Part shown: positions 10,426-40,707 of the stretch, piece after piece
Numbering within the stretch: the stretch's first letter is position 1
Layout of the letters: every line of letters starts with the position of its first letter
Assembly: GCF_009914755.1 (NCBI RefSeq)
Contig: NC_060947.1
Reading direction: 5' to 3' (one strand)
Origin: the human T2T-CHM13v2.0 reference genome, Homo sapiens
Length of the DNA stretch: 64,000 bases
Position numbers and translations under genes: made by a program
The notes under the pieces: model-generated
The model's database searches: none
Told to the model about the DNA's origin: nothing
Seen by the model: only the letters and a program-made list of their open reading frames with translations

Positions 10426-12072
10426 CTGAATCCTGGACAGCACCTCTGAACCCATCTGAAGGTTGAGAGACCTCACCACCTTGAAGAGAATAAAACAGGT
10501 GTGACTTGCATTCCCACTTGCTGATTGTAAGCTCCAGGGCCTTGAGTAAACATAGGCAGCAGCCAAGGAGTGGTTACAGAAGGCCTTGAATTAGACCTAA
10601 TGCTGTGTTTGCTTCAGGTCTCACCCAGTGCAGTCATAGTTGTGGCATCAGGCGTCTCAGAGCAGAGACAAAGACTCTGTTTGAGAGAAAGCAAAAGAAA
10701 AGAACAAAGATCACTGCCTTATAATCCAGAGAACTTGCCCAGATCTTGTCCAAGACCATCAAGTGGGTAATCTCAGAGTCTGGAAGAACCACGGCATTAC
10801 TGGGTTTGGATGTCCCCTAAAGCAGAAACAACTTAGATCACAGCACCCAAATTATTTTAAATATCTGGAAAACCTTCCCAAGAAAGAAAGGTACAATAAG
10901 TTCAGTCAGTGAAGACTACAATAAATACCTAACTCTTCAATGTCTGGACACTGAAGAACATCTACTAACAACACCAACCTGGAAAACATGACCTGACCAA
11001 ATGAAATAAATAAGACACAAGGGGCCAATCTTGGAGAAACAGAGATATGTTACATTTCAAAGAATTCCAAGTAGCTGTGTAGAGGAACCTCAAAGAAATT
11101 CAAGATAACACAGAAAAGGAATGCAGAATTCTATCAGATAAACTTAGTAAATAAATTGAAATAATTTAAAAGAATCAAGCAGAAATTCTGGAACTGAAAA
11201 AAATGTAATTGGCATACTGAAGAATGCATCATAGTCCTTTATTAGCAGAATTCATCAAGCCAAAGAAAGAATTAGTGAGATTGAAGACAGGCTATTTGAG
11301 AATGCACAGTCAGAGGAACAAAAGAAAAAAGAATAAAAAACAATGAAGCATGCCTAGAGGATCTAGAAAATAGCTGCAAAAGGGTTATTCTAAGAGTTGT
11401 TAGAAGAGTTGCTAGTCTTAAAGAGGAGATAAAGAGACGGGAGTAGAAAGTTTATTCAAAAATATAATAATAGAGAATGTCCTAAACCTGGAGAAAGATA
11501 TTGATATTCAAATATAAGAAGTTTCTAGAACACCAAGCAGATTTAACCCGACGAAGACTGCCTCAAATCATTTAATAATTGAACTACCAAAGGTCGAAAA
11601 TAAAGACAGGATCCTGAAAGCAGGAAAAGAGACATATAACATAAAATGGAACTCCAATACATCTGACCTAAGACTTTTCAGTGGAAACCTTTCGGGACAG
11701 GAGAGAGTGGCATGATATTTTTAAAGTGCTAAAGGGAAAAACATTTACCCTAGAATAGTATATCTAGCAAAAATATCCTTCAAACATGAAGGAGAAACAA
11801 AGACCTTCCCAGACAAAGAAAGTCTAAGGGATCTTATCAACACCATACCTGGCTAACAGAAATGTCACAGGGAATACTTCAATTAGAAAGAAAAAAACAT
11901 GAGTGAGCAATAAATTATCACCTGAGGGTACATAACTTGCTGCTAATAGTAAGTACACAGAAATTTAAAAAAAACTCAAAATATAACACTGTAACTGTGT
12001 TATGTAAACTACTCCTATCCTAACTAGAAAGATTAAATAATGAGCTAATCAAAAATAATAACTATAACAACA
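10426..12072 (+). mobile_element. L1MA1-3-type (L1M1) partial 5'UTR, ORF1 and inter-ORF region; 3' part missing
   Basis: Aligns by eye with 49270-51170 of the full-length element in this window (aataaatacctaactcttcaatg, agaattctatcagataaa, taacactgtaactgt). Confidence 0.85.
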
Positions 12073-18233
<6,161 letters not shown>

Positions 18234-21081
18234 GGATGACAGTTTAACATAAGATTTGGAGGGGGCAAATATCCTAACCATATCTACCACTGTTCTCCCA
18301 CCCCAGATTTCATACTCTTCTCACATTGTGAAATACAATAATCCCTTCCCAATAGTTTACCAAAGTCTTAATTTGTTCCAGCATTAACTCAAAAGTCAAA
18401 AGTCTAATTTGAGGCTCAAGTCACACTTCTACTACTTATGATCCTGTGAGATAAAAAACAAGTTATCTATATCCAAGATACAATGGTGGCAAAAGCATTG
18501 GGAAAACATTCCAATTCCTAAAGAGAGAAACTGGCCGAAGGAAAGGGGCAACAGGCTCCACAATATCTGAAACCCAGCAGGATGGACATTAAGCCTTAAA
18601 GCCTCAGCAAAATTTGTGATGCCAGATTCTGCATTCTGGGCACACTCATATAAGAGGTGCAATCCCAAGGCCTTGGGCAGCCCTACCCCTGTGATTTTGC
18701 AGGATGCAGCCCCTGGGACTACTCTCACAGGTTGGAGTTAAGTGCTTGCAGCTTTTCCAGGCTCAGGGTGTAAGTTTTTGTTGGCTCTACCATTCTGTGA
18801 TCTGGATGGTGGTTGTCACTTTCTCATAGCTCCATTAGGCAGTGACCCAATGGGGATTCTTTGTGAGGCCTCCAACTCCACATTTCACCTCTACACTGAC
18901 CTAATAGAGGCTCTGATCAAGGGTTCCACTCCTGCTGCTGTCTGTGTTTCTTCCTGTGCACCCAGGCTTTCCAACACATCCTCTGAAATCTAGGTGAAAT
19001 CTACCAAGCTTCCTTCACTCTTGCATACTGTACAACTTCAGGTTTAACAGTACATGGAAACCACCAACGCTTGAATTTGCTCTTTCTGGAATGGTGGCCT
19101 GAGCTCTATCTGGGGTTCTTTGAGCCACAGATAGAGCCAAAGTGGTGTGGATGCACCAACCAGTGTCCTGAGGCTGTACAAGGCAGCCTCAGGGTGTTGG
19201 GCTTCATGCCTGTATTATTCTTTAACTCTAGGCCTATTGGCCTGTGATGGGAGGAGCTGTCTAAAAGTTTTCTAAAATGCCTTCAAGGTCTTTTATCCAT
19301 AGTTTTGGCTATTAGCACTTTTATCCATTTTAGTCACATGAATCTCTCTAGAAAGTTATTGCTCCACAGCCCGTTTGTATTCCTCTCTTAAAAATGTTCT
19401 TTCTTGTGAGCAAACAACAGGTTCTGGAGAAGATGTGGAGAAATAAGAACATTTTTATACTGTTGGTGGGACTGTAAACTAGTTCAATCATTGTGGAAGT
19501 CAGTGTGGCAATTCCTCAGGCATCTAGAACTAGAAATACCATTTGACTCAGCCATCCCATTACTGGATATATACCCAAAGGACTATAAATCATGCTGCTA
19601 TAAAGACACATGCACACGTATGTTTATTGTGGCACTATTCACAGTAGCAAAGACTTGGAACCAACCCAAATGTCCAATAATGATAGATTGGATTAAGAAA
19701 ATGTGACACATATACACCATGAAATACTATGCAGCCACAAAAAATGATGAGTTCATGTCCTTTGTAGGGACATGGATGAAATTGGAAATCATCATTCTCA
19801 GTAAACTATCGCAAGGACAAAAAACCAAACACTGCATGTTCTCACTCATAGATGAGAATTGAACAATGAGAACACGTGGACACAGGAAGGGGAACATCAC
19901 ACTCTGGGGACTGTTGTGGGGTTGGGGGAGGGTGGAGGGATAGCATTAGGAGATATACCTAATGCTAAATGAAGAGTTAATGGGTGCAGCACACCAGCAT
20001 GGCACATGTATACATATGTAACTAACCTGCACATTGTGCACATGTACCCTAGAACTTAAAGTATAATAATAATAATGATAATAATAATAATAACAATAAT
20101 AATAAAATGTTCTTTCTTTTTCAACTACATGGTCAGGCTGCAAATTTTCCAAACTTTGATGGTTTCTTTTTAATTTTCCAAGCTTTTATGTTTGCATTTT
20201 AGTTATAAATTTCAACTTTAAGTCATTTATTTGCTCCTGGATCTGACTATAGGATGTTAGAAACAGCCAGACCACATCTTGAATGCTTTGCTGCTTAGAA
20301 ATTTCTTTCACAAAATACCTTAGATTGTCATTCTTAGGTTCCAACTTCCATTGATCCTTAGGGCATGAACACAATACAGCCATTGTTTGTTGTTGATGCT
20401 AAGGCATGCCATGGCTGACCTTTACTTTGGTTCACAAGAACCTCCTCATCTCCATCTGAGAACTCATCAACCTGGACTTCACTGTTCATATTTTTATTAA
20501 CATTTTTAATCAGAACCCCTTAACCAGTCTCTAAGAAGCTCCAACATTCCCTCATCTCCCTGACTTCTTCTGAACCCTCCAACCTCTTCTGAACCTTGCC
20601 TGTTACCCAGTTCCAAAACTACTTTTACATTTTTAACTTTCTTTGTAATAGCACAACACTTCTAAGTACCGATTTTCTGTGTTACTATGTTTTGTATTGC
20701 TACAAAGAAATACCTGAGGCTGGGCAATTTATTTACAAAAGAGGTTTATTTGGCTCACAGCTCTGCAGGCTGTCCAAGAAGAATAGTGCCTGCATCTGCT
20801 TCTGGTGAAGGCTTCAGGGAGCATACAATCAAAAGTCAAATTGGGAGCTGGCATGTCACATGGTTATACAGTAAGCATGGGGGAAAGGAGAAAGATTCAG
20901 AATCCTTTAAATGACCAGCTCTGAAGTGAACACATTCACTCACTACCATGAGCACAGCACCAAGACATTCATAAGAAATCCAGCCCCATGCCTGAAACAC
21001 TTATCACCAGGCCCCACCTCCAACACTGGGAGTTACATTTCAACATGAAATTTTGAGGATGCAAATATCCAAATCATATCA
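18234..21081 (-). mobile_element. MST (MSTA/MSTB) MaLR provirus: 3' LTR stub 18234-18285, internal region to 20677, complete 5' LTR 20678-21081
   Basis: MaLR-int motifs (tccagcattaactcaaaagtc, caggctgcaaattttccaaacttt, gtaccgattttc) and an LTR running tgtgttactatgttttgtattgctac...ccaaatcatatca. Confidence 0.88.
19406..20103 (+). mobile_element. 5'-truncated L1PA3/4 inserted in MST-int; (AAT)n tail
   Basis: ORF2 C-terminus (19491..19706) plus 3'UTR; perfect TSD aaaatgttctttctt 19391-19405 / 20104-20118. Confidence 0.93.
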
Positions 21082-22544
21082 TTCATCACCAGCAAAAACC
21101 TTTGTTTTTTTCTTTTCCATGTGGATGCAATATTATTTAAAGCCACTTTTTTAGCTACCACCCTGTGCTGTTGTTAACTGTGTCATGGACATGAACAAGG
21201 AGGCAACCAGCCCTATGCTAGTCAGCCTCCATGCCCAAGCTGACACCTCTGCTATGCAAATGCACACATGGATGTCAGTGACCCAGGCACCCACTCTGCA
21301 CCACCCCTACTGCTAGCATGAATGTGCACATGAAGGACACGAGGTTCACACACACCAGTGCCTCTCTCATGCTGACACTGCCATAGATGTCAGCATCCAT
21401 AATCCCCTGCCATGCCATCATTGCTACTGCTGCAAATGTCTGCACAGAGACTGTCCCACCATGCCCACCACTACCCCAACCCAGCTGATGAGCATGCAGC
21501 CTGCCACACTGCTACTGCTACTGGAATATATGAATGAGCATGGATCCACCAGCTACTACCTGTGGGAACACTTTAGCCAGAACTATCCATCAGAGTATTG
21601 TGGCCAGTGGAAACTGGGAACTCCTTGGCCCCTCCAGTACTGCAGTTTGCTAAATTCAAAGGGCCAAAGAACATCCAGGGGCCTGATAGCCCCACAGAGT
21701 TGAAGTATGCAGCCCAAGAATGCAGAGGTAAGCCATGACCCTGTAAAATATTCCATAAATAAAGCCAGTTCACTTAATTCCCCTCCTTTACACCGCAATT
21801 AAACACCCAATGGCATCAAAGAAGATAAAAGCAAAAAAAAAACTCATACAAAGGAACACAACAACAAAGACTGAATAAACAGCAGCACACAAAAATGAGA
21901 AAGAATCAGTGCAAGAACTATGGCAATTTAAAAAGCCAGAGTGTTTTCTTACCACCAAATGATCACACAAATTCCCCAGCAATGTTTCTTAACCTGGCTG
22001 AAATAGATGAAATGACAGAAGTAGAATTTAGAATATGTAAAGGAATTAACGTCACCAAGACTCAAGAGAAAGTAGAAACCCAACTCAAGGATTCTAAGTA
22101 ATACAATAAAATGATACAGAAAATGAAAAACAAAAGGGCCATTTTTAAAAAGAACCAATCTGATCTGATGGAGTTGAAAAATTCACTTTAAGAACTTCAA
22201 AATACAAACACAAGTATTAACAGCAGAATCACCAGCTAATATGATGACAAGAACAAATCTGCACATATCAATACTATCCTTAAGTGTAAACATGTTAAAT
22301 GATCCAATTAAAAGAAACAGAGTGGCAAGTTAGAAAAAGAAGCAAGACCCAATGGTATGTTGTTTTCAAGAGATCTATCTCACATGCAATGACACCAAGT
22401 AAGGGGATGGAGAAAAAACTTCCAAGCAAGTGGAAAACAGAAAAAAGCAGGTGTTATCATTCTTATTTAAAAAAAAAAAAAACAGACTTTAAAATGATGA
22501 AGATCAAAAAAACACATTACATAAAAGTAAAGGACTTGATTACC

Positions 22545-31345
<8,801 letters not shown>

Positions 31346-34099
31346 AAAGACTAATTTCAACAAGAAGATCTAACTATCCTAAATATACATGTACTTAAAC
31401 AAGAGCATCCAGACTCATAAAGCAAATTTTTAGACACCTGTGAAGAGACTTAGATAACTACACAATAATAGATGAAGACTTCAACACCTTTCAACAGCTT
31501 ACTGACAGTATTAGATCATCAAGGCAGATAACTAAAGAAGATATTCAAGACCTTAACTGGACACTTGACTAAATTTACATAATAGACATCTACAGAACTC
31601 TCCATCCCAAAATAAGGAATATACAGTCATCTCATCTGCACATGGCACATACTCTAAAATCAACCACACAATTGGACATAAAACAATCCTCTGGAAATTA
31701 AAAAAAATAAATAATCCAGCCATGGTCACAGACCACAGTGTAATAAAAATATGAAATAATAAAAAATGAATCACTTAAAAACAAAATTACATTTAAATTA
31801 AGCAACTTGCTTCTGCATGACTTTTGGGTAAACAATAAAATCCTGAAGTTCTTTGAAACTAGTGAGAACAAGTATACAAAATATTAGAATCTCTGGTATA
31901 CAGCTAAAACAGTATTAAGAGAGAAGTTTATAGCTGTAAATGCACACATGAAAAAGCTAGAAAGATCTCAGTTAACAACCTAACATCATAAATAGAGGAC
32001 CTAGAGTAACAATGGCAAACCAACCACAAAACTAGCAGAAGATGGGAAAGAAACAAAATTGAAGCTGAACTGAAGAGAATTAAGATGCAAAAAATAAATA
32101 AATAAAAAAGATTTTTAAAAATCCAGGATTTGGACCTTTGAAAAAATTGATGACAGACCACCAGCTAGATGAATAGAGAAAAAAGAGAGAAAAGATCCAA
32201 ATAAATACAGTTAGAAATGACAAAGGGACATTACAACTGACCCCACGAAAATACGACAACAACAACAAAAAAAACCCTCAGGGACTACTACAGACACTTC
32301 TATGCACAAAAGCTAGAATATCTAGAAGAAATAGATACATTTCTGGACACTTACAACCTTCCAAGATTGAATCAGGAGAAGTGTATTCTTGAACAGACCA
32401 GTAATGAGTTTCAAAATTGTATCAGTAATAAAAAGCCTACCAACAAGGAAAAGCACAGGACCAACCAAATGGATTCACAGCCAAATTCTACCAGAAGTCT
32501 AATGCTAGCAATTTCTCAAAGAAATCACGTCAGAATTACCATTTGACCTAGCAGTCCCATTACAGGGTATATATCCAAATGAATAGAAACCATTTTATCA
32601 TAAAGACACATGTACACGTATGTTTATTGCAGCACTATCCACAATATTGAAGTCATGGAATCAACCTAAATGCTCAAAACCAACTGGATTTAAAAATGTG
32701 GTACATATTCAACATGGAATACTACACAGTCATAATAAAGAATGAGATCATGTCCTTTGCAGCAACATTGTTGGAGTTGGATGCCTTTATCCTAATCGAA
32801 CATAGAGGAAGAGAAAATCACATGTTCTCGCTTTTTAGTGGTAGATAAACATTGATGACTGTGGACACAAAAAAGGAAACAACAGAAACTGGACCTACTT
32901 GTACGTGGAAGAAGGGAGGAAGGTGAAGATAAAAAAAAATCTACCTATTGGGTATTATCCTTATTACCTGTGTGGCAAAATAATACGTACACCAACCTCC
33001 CATGACATACAATTTACCTATATAACAAACCTGCACATTTACCCCTGAATGTAAAATAAAACCTACAAAATAAGTGAATAAAAAGTCAAAGCTTGTTATA
33101 CTGGATATAAAAAATAAACAAATTCAACAATATAAAAACATTTTTACCACCATTCAAAGGCATATTAGTAAAATTATACTCACATAAACTACCAACCCAT
33201 TTTTATTTTGCTAACGAAAATTAAATTCAAATTTCCTGTGACGTTGTGAATGTATTTTTTGTGAATCTGAACAATTGCATATCAAATATTTGTTGAAAAC
33301 AGTGATGAAGTTCTAATTTGAAGAACATGCTTTCATTGTAAGAGTAGTCACTCTAGACTCCAAAACATAGGACAAGAGTTGGAAAGAAGGAGGCATAAAA
33401 ACACGGATTTTGATTTGGGGTAGTTCCTTGGAATGGAGATAGTGAGTTCTTGCCCATCTCTACTTGTGTTGTTTTGCTCTGTATACCAAGATGGGCTTCC
33501 TAAACAAGAACTCCCTTTGCTCACCTTAACTAGAACTATCTACAGTGTCTAATCCCTGACAGCTATGAGGATGTGATCTGAGAAATGATAGTGACAACAA
33601 ACATGTTAAAACAAATTTTGGGGTTACTATAATCAGTGGTATTTTGAATGTGTTTTAAGCCATATATCTTTTGCTTGGGAAGTATAAGTCCTTGCCTTGC
33701 CCACATATACCCCTATGTGTATCATTTTTCCTACTTCACACTTAATTGCACATAATAATCCTCCAAACCAAAGTAGAAAAGAGAGAAAGGTAGTGTGCTG
33801 TATAAGCTCACACTCTCCTTTTTTCCACTTTCTCTTCAGTTGAAAATTCTACAGCAACTTTGTTCTATGAGTGGAAACAGGGACGGGCATATGAAGCCAC
33901 CTATACCAGGAATCGGAATTTGTACATTAACTGCTTGCATGACCCTGGCAGCTCTTTTGTTTTCTCTGAGACCAAGAAAACCTTTTGTTTTGTTTTGTTT
34001 TGTTTTCTTGAAAGCAGGAAAATTAAAGATGTATTCTTTATGGCTAATTCTCTGTTAGATATAATGTTTTATACACTTTACCTTCTCAAACCAGTTTGT

Positions 34100-34980
34100 T
34101 GGTATTCAAATACCCTATAGTTTTACTTTTTGTGTGCTTTTGAGATGTCTATTTCGAAAAGAGATGTATTAAAGACTCCACTATGGAGAAATAGAAACGC
34201 TTTTACACTGTTGGTGGGAGTGTAAATTAGTTCAACCATTGTGGAAGACAGTGTAAAAATTCCTCAAAGATCTATACCCAGAAATACCATTTGACCCAGC
34301 AATCCCAATATTGGGTGTATACCCAAAGGATTATAAATCATTCTACTATAAAGACACATGCACATGTATGTTTATTGCAGCAAAATTCACAACAGCAAAG
34401 ACTTGGAACCAACCCAAATGCCCATCAATGATAGACTGGATTAAGAAGATGTGGCACATATATGCCATGGAATGCTATGCAGCCATAAAAAAGGATGAGT
34501 TCATGCCCTTTGCAGGGACATGGATGAAGCTGGAAACCATCATTCTCAGCAAACTAACACAGTAACAGAAAACCAGATACCACATATTCTCACTCATAAG
34601 TGGAAGTTGAACAATGAGAAAACATAGACAGAAGGAGAGGAACATCACACACCACGGCCTGTGTAGGGGTGGTGATCTAGGGGAGGGATAGCATTAGGAG
34701 AAATATCTAATGCAGATGATGGGTTGATGGGTGCAGCAAACCACCATAGCATGTGTGTACCTATGTAGCAAGCCTGCCCGTTCTGCACATGTATCCCAGA
34801 ATTTAAAGTGTAATTTAAAAAATAAATAAATACTCCACTATGATTGTAAATTTGCTGGTTCCACCTAACATTTCTTGCAGTTTTGTTTTTTATATTTTGA
34901 AATCATGTTGGGTGGATAGAGGATGGTAACTATTACCATATCTTCCTCCTGGACAATATAATGCATATCTATTTGGTTTT
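34100..34980 (-). mobile_element. Ancient L1ME-like ORF2 remnant (continues at about 40410-40660)
   Basis: gagatgtattaaagactccactatgattgtaaatttgc and ttatattttgaaatcatgttg resemble antisense old L1 EN. Confidence 0.55.
34186..34827 (+). mobile_element. 5'-truncated L1PA7/8 3' end
   Basis: ORF2 C-terminus 34311..34565; TSD aaa(g/t)actccactatg 34171-34185 / 34828-34842. Confidence 0.92.
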
Positions 34981-35335
34981 AAAATAGATTTAGATACAAC
35001 TACAGTTTTTTTTTTACATGGATATATGGCATAGTGGTGAAGTCTGGGCTTTTGGTGTAGTCATCACCCAAATTGTGTATATTGTACCCATTAAGCAATT
35101 TATCATTTCTCACCCACACCCATTTTTCCATCTTTTCAAGTTTCCAATGACTATTATTCCACTCTCTATGTCCATGTGTACAAATTATTTAGCTTCCACT
35201 TACACTTAAGAACATGTGGTAGTTGACTTTCTGTTTCTGAGTTATTTTACTTAAGGTAATGGTCCCCAGTACTACTCATGTTACTGCAAAGTAGATTATT
35301 TCATTATTTTTTATGGTTGAGTAGGGTTCCATGCC

Positions 35336-35551
35336 ATATATATATATATGATCATATATATGATCTATGTGATCTATATGATCATATATGTGATCTATAT
35401 GATCATATATGTGATCTATATGATCATATATGTGATCTATATGATCTATATGATCATATATGTGATCTATATGATCATATATGTGATCTATATGATCTAT
35501 ATGATCATATATGTGATCTATACATATAGGATATATATGATATATATATAA
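35336..35551. repeat. AT-rich minisatellite, ~21-bp unit catatatgtgatctatatgat plus shorter sub-units
   Basis: Seen directly; it produces the spurious (YDHICDL)n and (MIIYVIY)n ORFs. Confidence 0.95.
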
Positions 35552-38500
35552 TATTTTTTATCCAATATTTTGTTGACGGACACTTAAGTTTTTTTCCATG
35601 TCCTTGATATTTTATATAGCGTTGTGGTAAACACATGAATCTAGCTATCTTTTTAATTTCTTTTTCTTTGGGTAAATACCGAGTAGTGGGATTAGTGGAT
35701 CAAATGATAGTTGTGTTTTTAGTTGTTTGAGAAATTTCTTTTCTGTTTTCCAAAGAGACTGTACTAATATAAATTCACACTAACAGTGTAAAAGGGTCTC
35801 CTTTTCTCCATATCCTTGCCAACATCTGTTATATATTGACTTTTTAATAATAGCCATTATGACTAGTATAAGATGGTATCTCATTGTGGTTTTAATTTGC
35901 ATTTCCCTGAAAATTAGTAACGTGGAGCATTTTTTCATATGCTTCTTGGCCATTTACATGTCTTTTTCAAAATGTCTATTAGTGTCTTTTACCTACTTTT
36001 TAGTGGGGCTTTTTGTTGTTGTTGATTTGCTTGAGTTCCTCATAGATTCCGGATGCTGGCTCTTCATCAGATGCATAGTTTAAAGATATTTTCTCCCATC
36101 CTGCAGATTATCTCTTCATATTGTTGATTATTTCTCTTGCTATGCAAAAGCTTTTTAGTTTCATTGTCTCATTTTTCTATTTTTTGTTGCATTTGCTTTT
36201 GAGATCTTAGTCATGAATTTTTTGTCAGAGCCCATGTCCGGAAGAACTTTTACCAGATTATTTTTGAGTATTATTATAGTTTCAAGTCTTATATTTAAGT
36301 CTTTAATCAATCTTGAGTTAATTTTTGTATATGGTGAGGAATAGTGGTCCAGTTTTATTCTTCTGCACATGGCAATCCAATTTTCCCAGCACCAATTATT
36401 GAAGAGGGTGTTCCCAGTGCATGTTTTTGTTGAATTTGTGAAACATCAGTTGGTTGTAGGTATGTCACTTTATTTCTTCATTATCTATCCTGTTTTTTAA
36501 ATCTATATCTTTATTTTTATACGAGTATCATGGTGTTTTCATTACTATAGTGTTGTAGTATAATTTGATGTCAGGTAATGTGATGCTTCCAGCTTTGTTC
36601 TTTTTGCTTAAGATTGTTTTGGCTATTCAGGCTTTTTGTTGTTGTTGTTCCATGTGAATTTTAGGATCATTTTTCAAATCATGTTAAAAATGATGTTGGT
36701 ATTCTGATAGGAATTTTATTGAATCTGTAAATTGCTTTGAGCAGTATGGTAATCTTAGTGATTTTTTTCTCCAATCCATGAACATGGAATGTATTACATT
36801 TGTTTGTATCTTCTGCAATTTCTTTAATCAGTGTCTTATAGTTTCTGGCAGAGATCTTTTACTTGTTTTGTTAAATATATTCCTAGGTATCTTATTTTTT
36901 GTAGCCATTGTAGATGGTATTAACCTATTAATTTGGTTCTTGTATTGATCATTATTGTTGCATAGAAATGCTGCTGATTTTTGAACACAGATTTTGATTC
37001 CTGAAACTTTACTGAATTCAGTGATCAAATCTAGGGGTCTTTTAGTGAGGTCTTTAGGGTATTCTAGGTATACAATTATATCATTGTTAAACAGGAATAA
37101 TTTTACTTCCTTCTTTTCAATTTGGATACATTTTATTTCTGTCTTTTGCCTGATTGCTTTGTCTAAGGCTTCCAATACTATGTTGAATAGGAGTGGGGAA
37201 ATTTGGCATTCTTGGGTTTTTTTTCAGTTCTTAAGAGGTATGATTTCAACTTTTCCCCATTCAATATGATATTGTCTCCAGGTTTTTTATACATGGCTTT
37301 TATTTTTTTGAGGTATGTTCCTTCTATGCCTAGTTTGTTGAGGGTTTTTATGATAAAGAAAGGCTGAATAAAATTATTTGTCTATACCTATTGACATGAC
37401 CTTAGCCTTACTTGTTATTAATTTTGTTTATGTGGTAAATCACACTTATTTATTTGCATATGTTAAACCATCCTTGCATTCCTTGAATAAAATCCACTTG
37501 ATCATGATGTATTATCTTTTTGATGTGCTATTGAATTTTGCTTGCTAGTATTTTGTAGGGAATTTTTGCATCTATGTTCATCATAAATATTGATCTGTAG
37601 TTTTCCTCTTTTTATTGTGTGCTCATCTGGCCTTGGTATCTAGATCATGCTGCTGTAGTAGATGAGTGAGGAAGGATGTCATCCTTCCCCATTTTTTGGA
37701 ATGATTTCAGAACGATTGGCATCAGTTCTTCTTTGCATGTCTGGTAGAATTTGACTGTGCATCTGTCTTGCCTGGGATTTTTTTCGTTTAAAGGTATTTT
37801 ATTACTGGATAAATATCACTATTTGTTACTGGTCTGTTCAAAATTTCCACTTTTTCTTAGTTCAATCTTGGAAAGTTGTACATTTTCAGAGATTCATCTA
37901 TTTCCTCTGGATTTTCTTTACATACATTTTTATTTCCAAAAGTTCTATTTTGTTTTTCTAAATATATATCCCTTTGGTAAATTTCTCATTCATATCCTAA
38001 ATTAATTAATTAATTTTCTGATTACTTTGTATTTGTTTTCATATTTTTCTTGCATTTCACTGAGCTTCTTTAATATCAATATTTTGAATTCGTTTTCTGG
38101 TATTTAAAATTGCATTTTTGTTATGATCCACTGCTACAGAGCTATTTTGATCCTTTGGGGGCCTCACACAGCTCTTTTATTTTATACTTCCAGAATTATT
38201 ATTCTTATTCCTTCTCATCTGGAGAAATTGTCATGTCTTTTTATTTTTTAATATACTTTCATTTGGTCAGGACTTTTTAATATTTTCCTTTGAAATGTGA
38301 CTATAATATATGTTGAGTGGGCTTGTTTGGCTTTAGTTCTGAATGGTCTCAGTGGCAAAGACTTTGTATAAATTCCTTTGTTACAGACTGCCTAGTGTGG
38401 TGGATTTCTCAAGTGCTGTTTGTACTAGTGGTATACTGGACATGTAAGCATGCTCATGGCATCCTGGAGAGCTGAGGTGGCAGAGGTCTGCATAAGCTCT

Positions 38501-39676
38501 TCTTGTTTCCAAGCTCTGTGCACTTACATTAGCAGATTTTGTATTAGATTGTGCAGTTTGACCCCATGGCAGTAAGTGGCACTGGCAGGCAATAGCTAGC
38601 TGTGGTGGTAGCAAGCAGTAGGGTTTATGCTTGACTTTTTTTTTTTTTTTCCAGAAAGAAGCTCTCTAATGTCTCAAGCAATGGGCTGTTCTGTAGAACA
38701 CACAGTGGCCTGGGCTTTGTGCTCAGCTTCAGAAGGGGTCACAGCTGGGCAGAGCTGGGTTGGGCTGGCCTGCCCACAGGTATGCTAATATCAGGCACAG
38801 ACAACAGCCCTGGTGGGAGTGGCAGGGGACTTTCCTAGCCTCTCTATGATTTCCTCAATTGTACATAACTTACTGTGGTGGCTTTCTCAAATGTTAGTTG
38901 TAGTAGTAATTTACCAGGTGGATAAGTAGGCTCAAGTCTTCCTGCGTATCTGGTGTGGTGTGGGCAATGATGATAGCAGAGGTCACAAAATGCCTGTTTC
39001 CTTTCTGATTACTGTGCAATTGTGTCAACAGATGTTGTAATGGGCTGTGTAGATGCTATAATGGGCTGTGTGATTAGCTGTGAGATGGGGCTGAGCCAAG
39101 AAAGCCCAAATTCAGGCTTCCTGACATCAAGTGCAAGCACTAGCCCTGACAGTAGTCAGAAGATAGTTCTCAGGCTGCCGGTGCTATGTTCCAGGGAGGA
39201 CAGGTGCAACATCTGCAATGCCAAAGAGCCCACACAGGGAAAGAAGGGCAGCTCATGCTCCATAACCTAGCAGGCAATAGTGAAATCTGATTCATTCCCA
39301 TACTATCAATCTGGTGGAGCCCCCTATTATGCCTTGCCGCTGGCAGAAAGCTAAAACAGTTATCTAAGTTACAAGCAGTCTGTCTTCAGACCAGAGAAGT
39401 GCCCCAGGCCACAAAACTCCTTGCCCAGCACAAAATCCATGGCTCCCAAACCACACCCCTTTCAGTCCAGTCCTACGAAGGGGGGTTGCCCAACTCCTGT
39501 GCCTGTGGCTCCATCTCATGCCACACTCACCTCTGAAGTCTGATTCTGGGGGTTCTTCCCCAACTCAAGACTAAATCTCAAATCTCAGTCCAGAGACTCT
39601 CCAAACCAATGACTGCTGCTTGTGCTGTTTGGGAGGTTCCCATGCAGCCCACTGTGAGTTAGAATCAGGAATGATC

Positions 39677-39987
<311 letters not shown>

Positions 39988-40684
39988 AGAATTAGGAATG
40001 ATCATGCTTTATTTGTGCTAGGGTCTGGAAACATGTGCAAAAGACTTCCCACTGCCACTCCTTCTCACAGTCTCCCCACTGCTCCTCAAGTCAGATTCAG
40101 TACTGGGTAGGGTCAAAGAGCTCCCCTGTGGCCTGGATTGCCTGGCTCTCCAGTGGAAATATGTGTCAGAGAGACATTTCCTGCCCTTCTTGTGCACTGG
40201 GGAGTCACTCCCAGTTTTCTGCCAGACCCATGGCATGGTCTGCTGCCTGCCATGTTTTTCAAAATATCTGAAGTTTCCTTTGTTTTTATATTGAGCTCCT
40301 GTGTTTCTTCTTGGATAAAAGTCCACAGCATTAATCTCTACACACAATTTTGCTATTTCCAAGTAAATGAGATGCAACAACAAAGCCTCTAATCTGTCAT
40401 CTTAGAGGGAAAAAAGCCACGTTAATTCATTTCTATTGTCTAATAATTTTACCATGAATTCTATTTTGTCTAAAATTCAGGTTGCTACATACGCCTGGTA
40501 TATACTTTTACATCCTTATTTTTTTCCAATTTATGCCATTTTTTTAGGTACATTTCTTATAAACAGCTATGTTTGGGGGTTTATATTTTGTTTGTTTGCT
40601 TTGCCCAATCTGACAGTGTCTGGCTTCCAATAAAGAAATTTATTTTATTTTATTTTATTTTTATCAAAGTAATATGTGTGTGTA

Positions 40685-40707
40685 ACACACACACACACAC
40701 ACACACA
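40685..40707. repeat. (AC)n microsatellite
   Basis: acacacacacacacacacacaca. Confidence 0.9.

Noticed and set aside
35278-35551. Repetitive YDHICDL / MIIYVIY proteins, or a CRISPR-like array
   Set aside because: These are translations of a minisatellite; the units are contiguous with no unique spacers.
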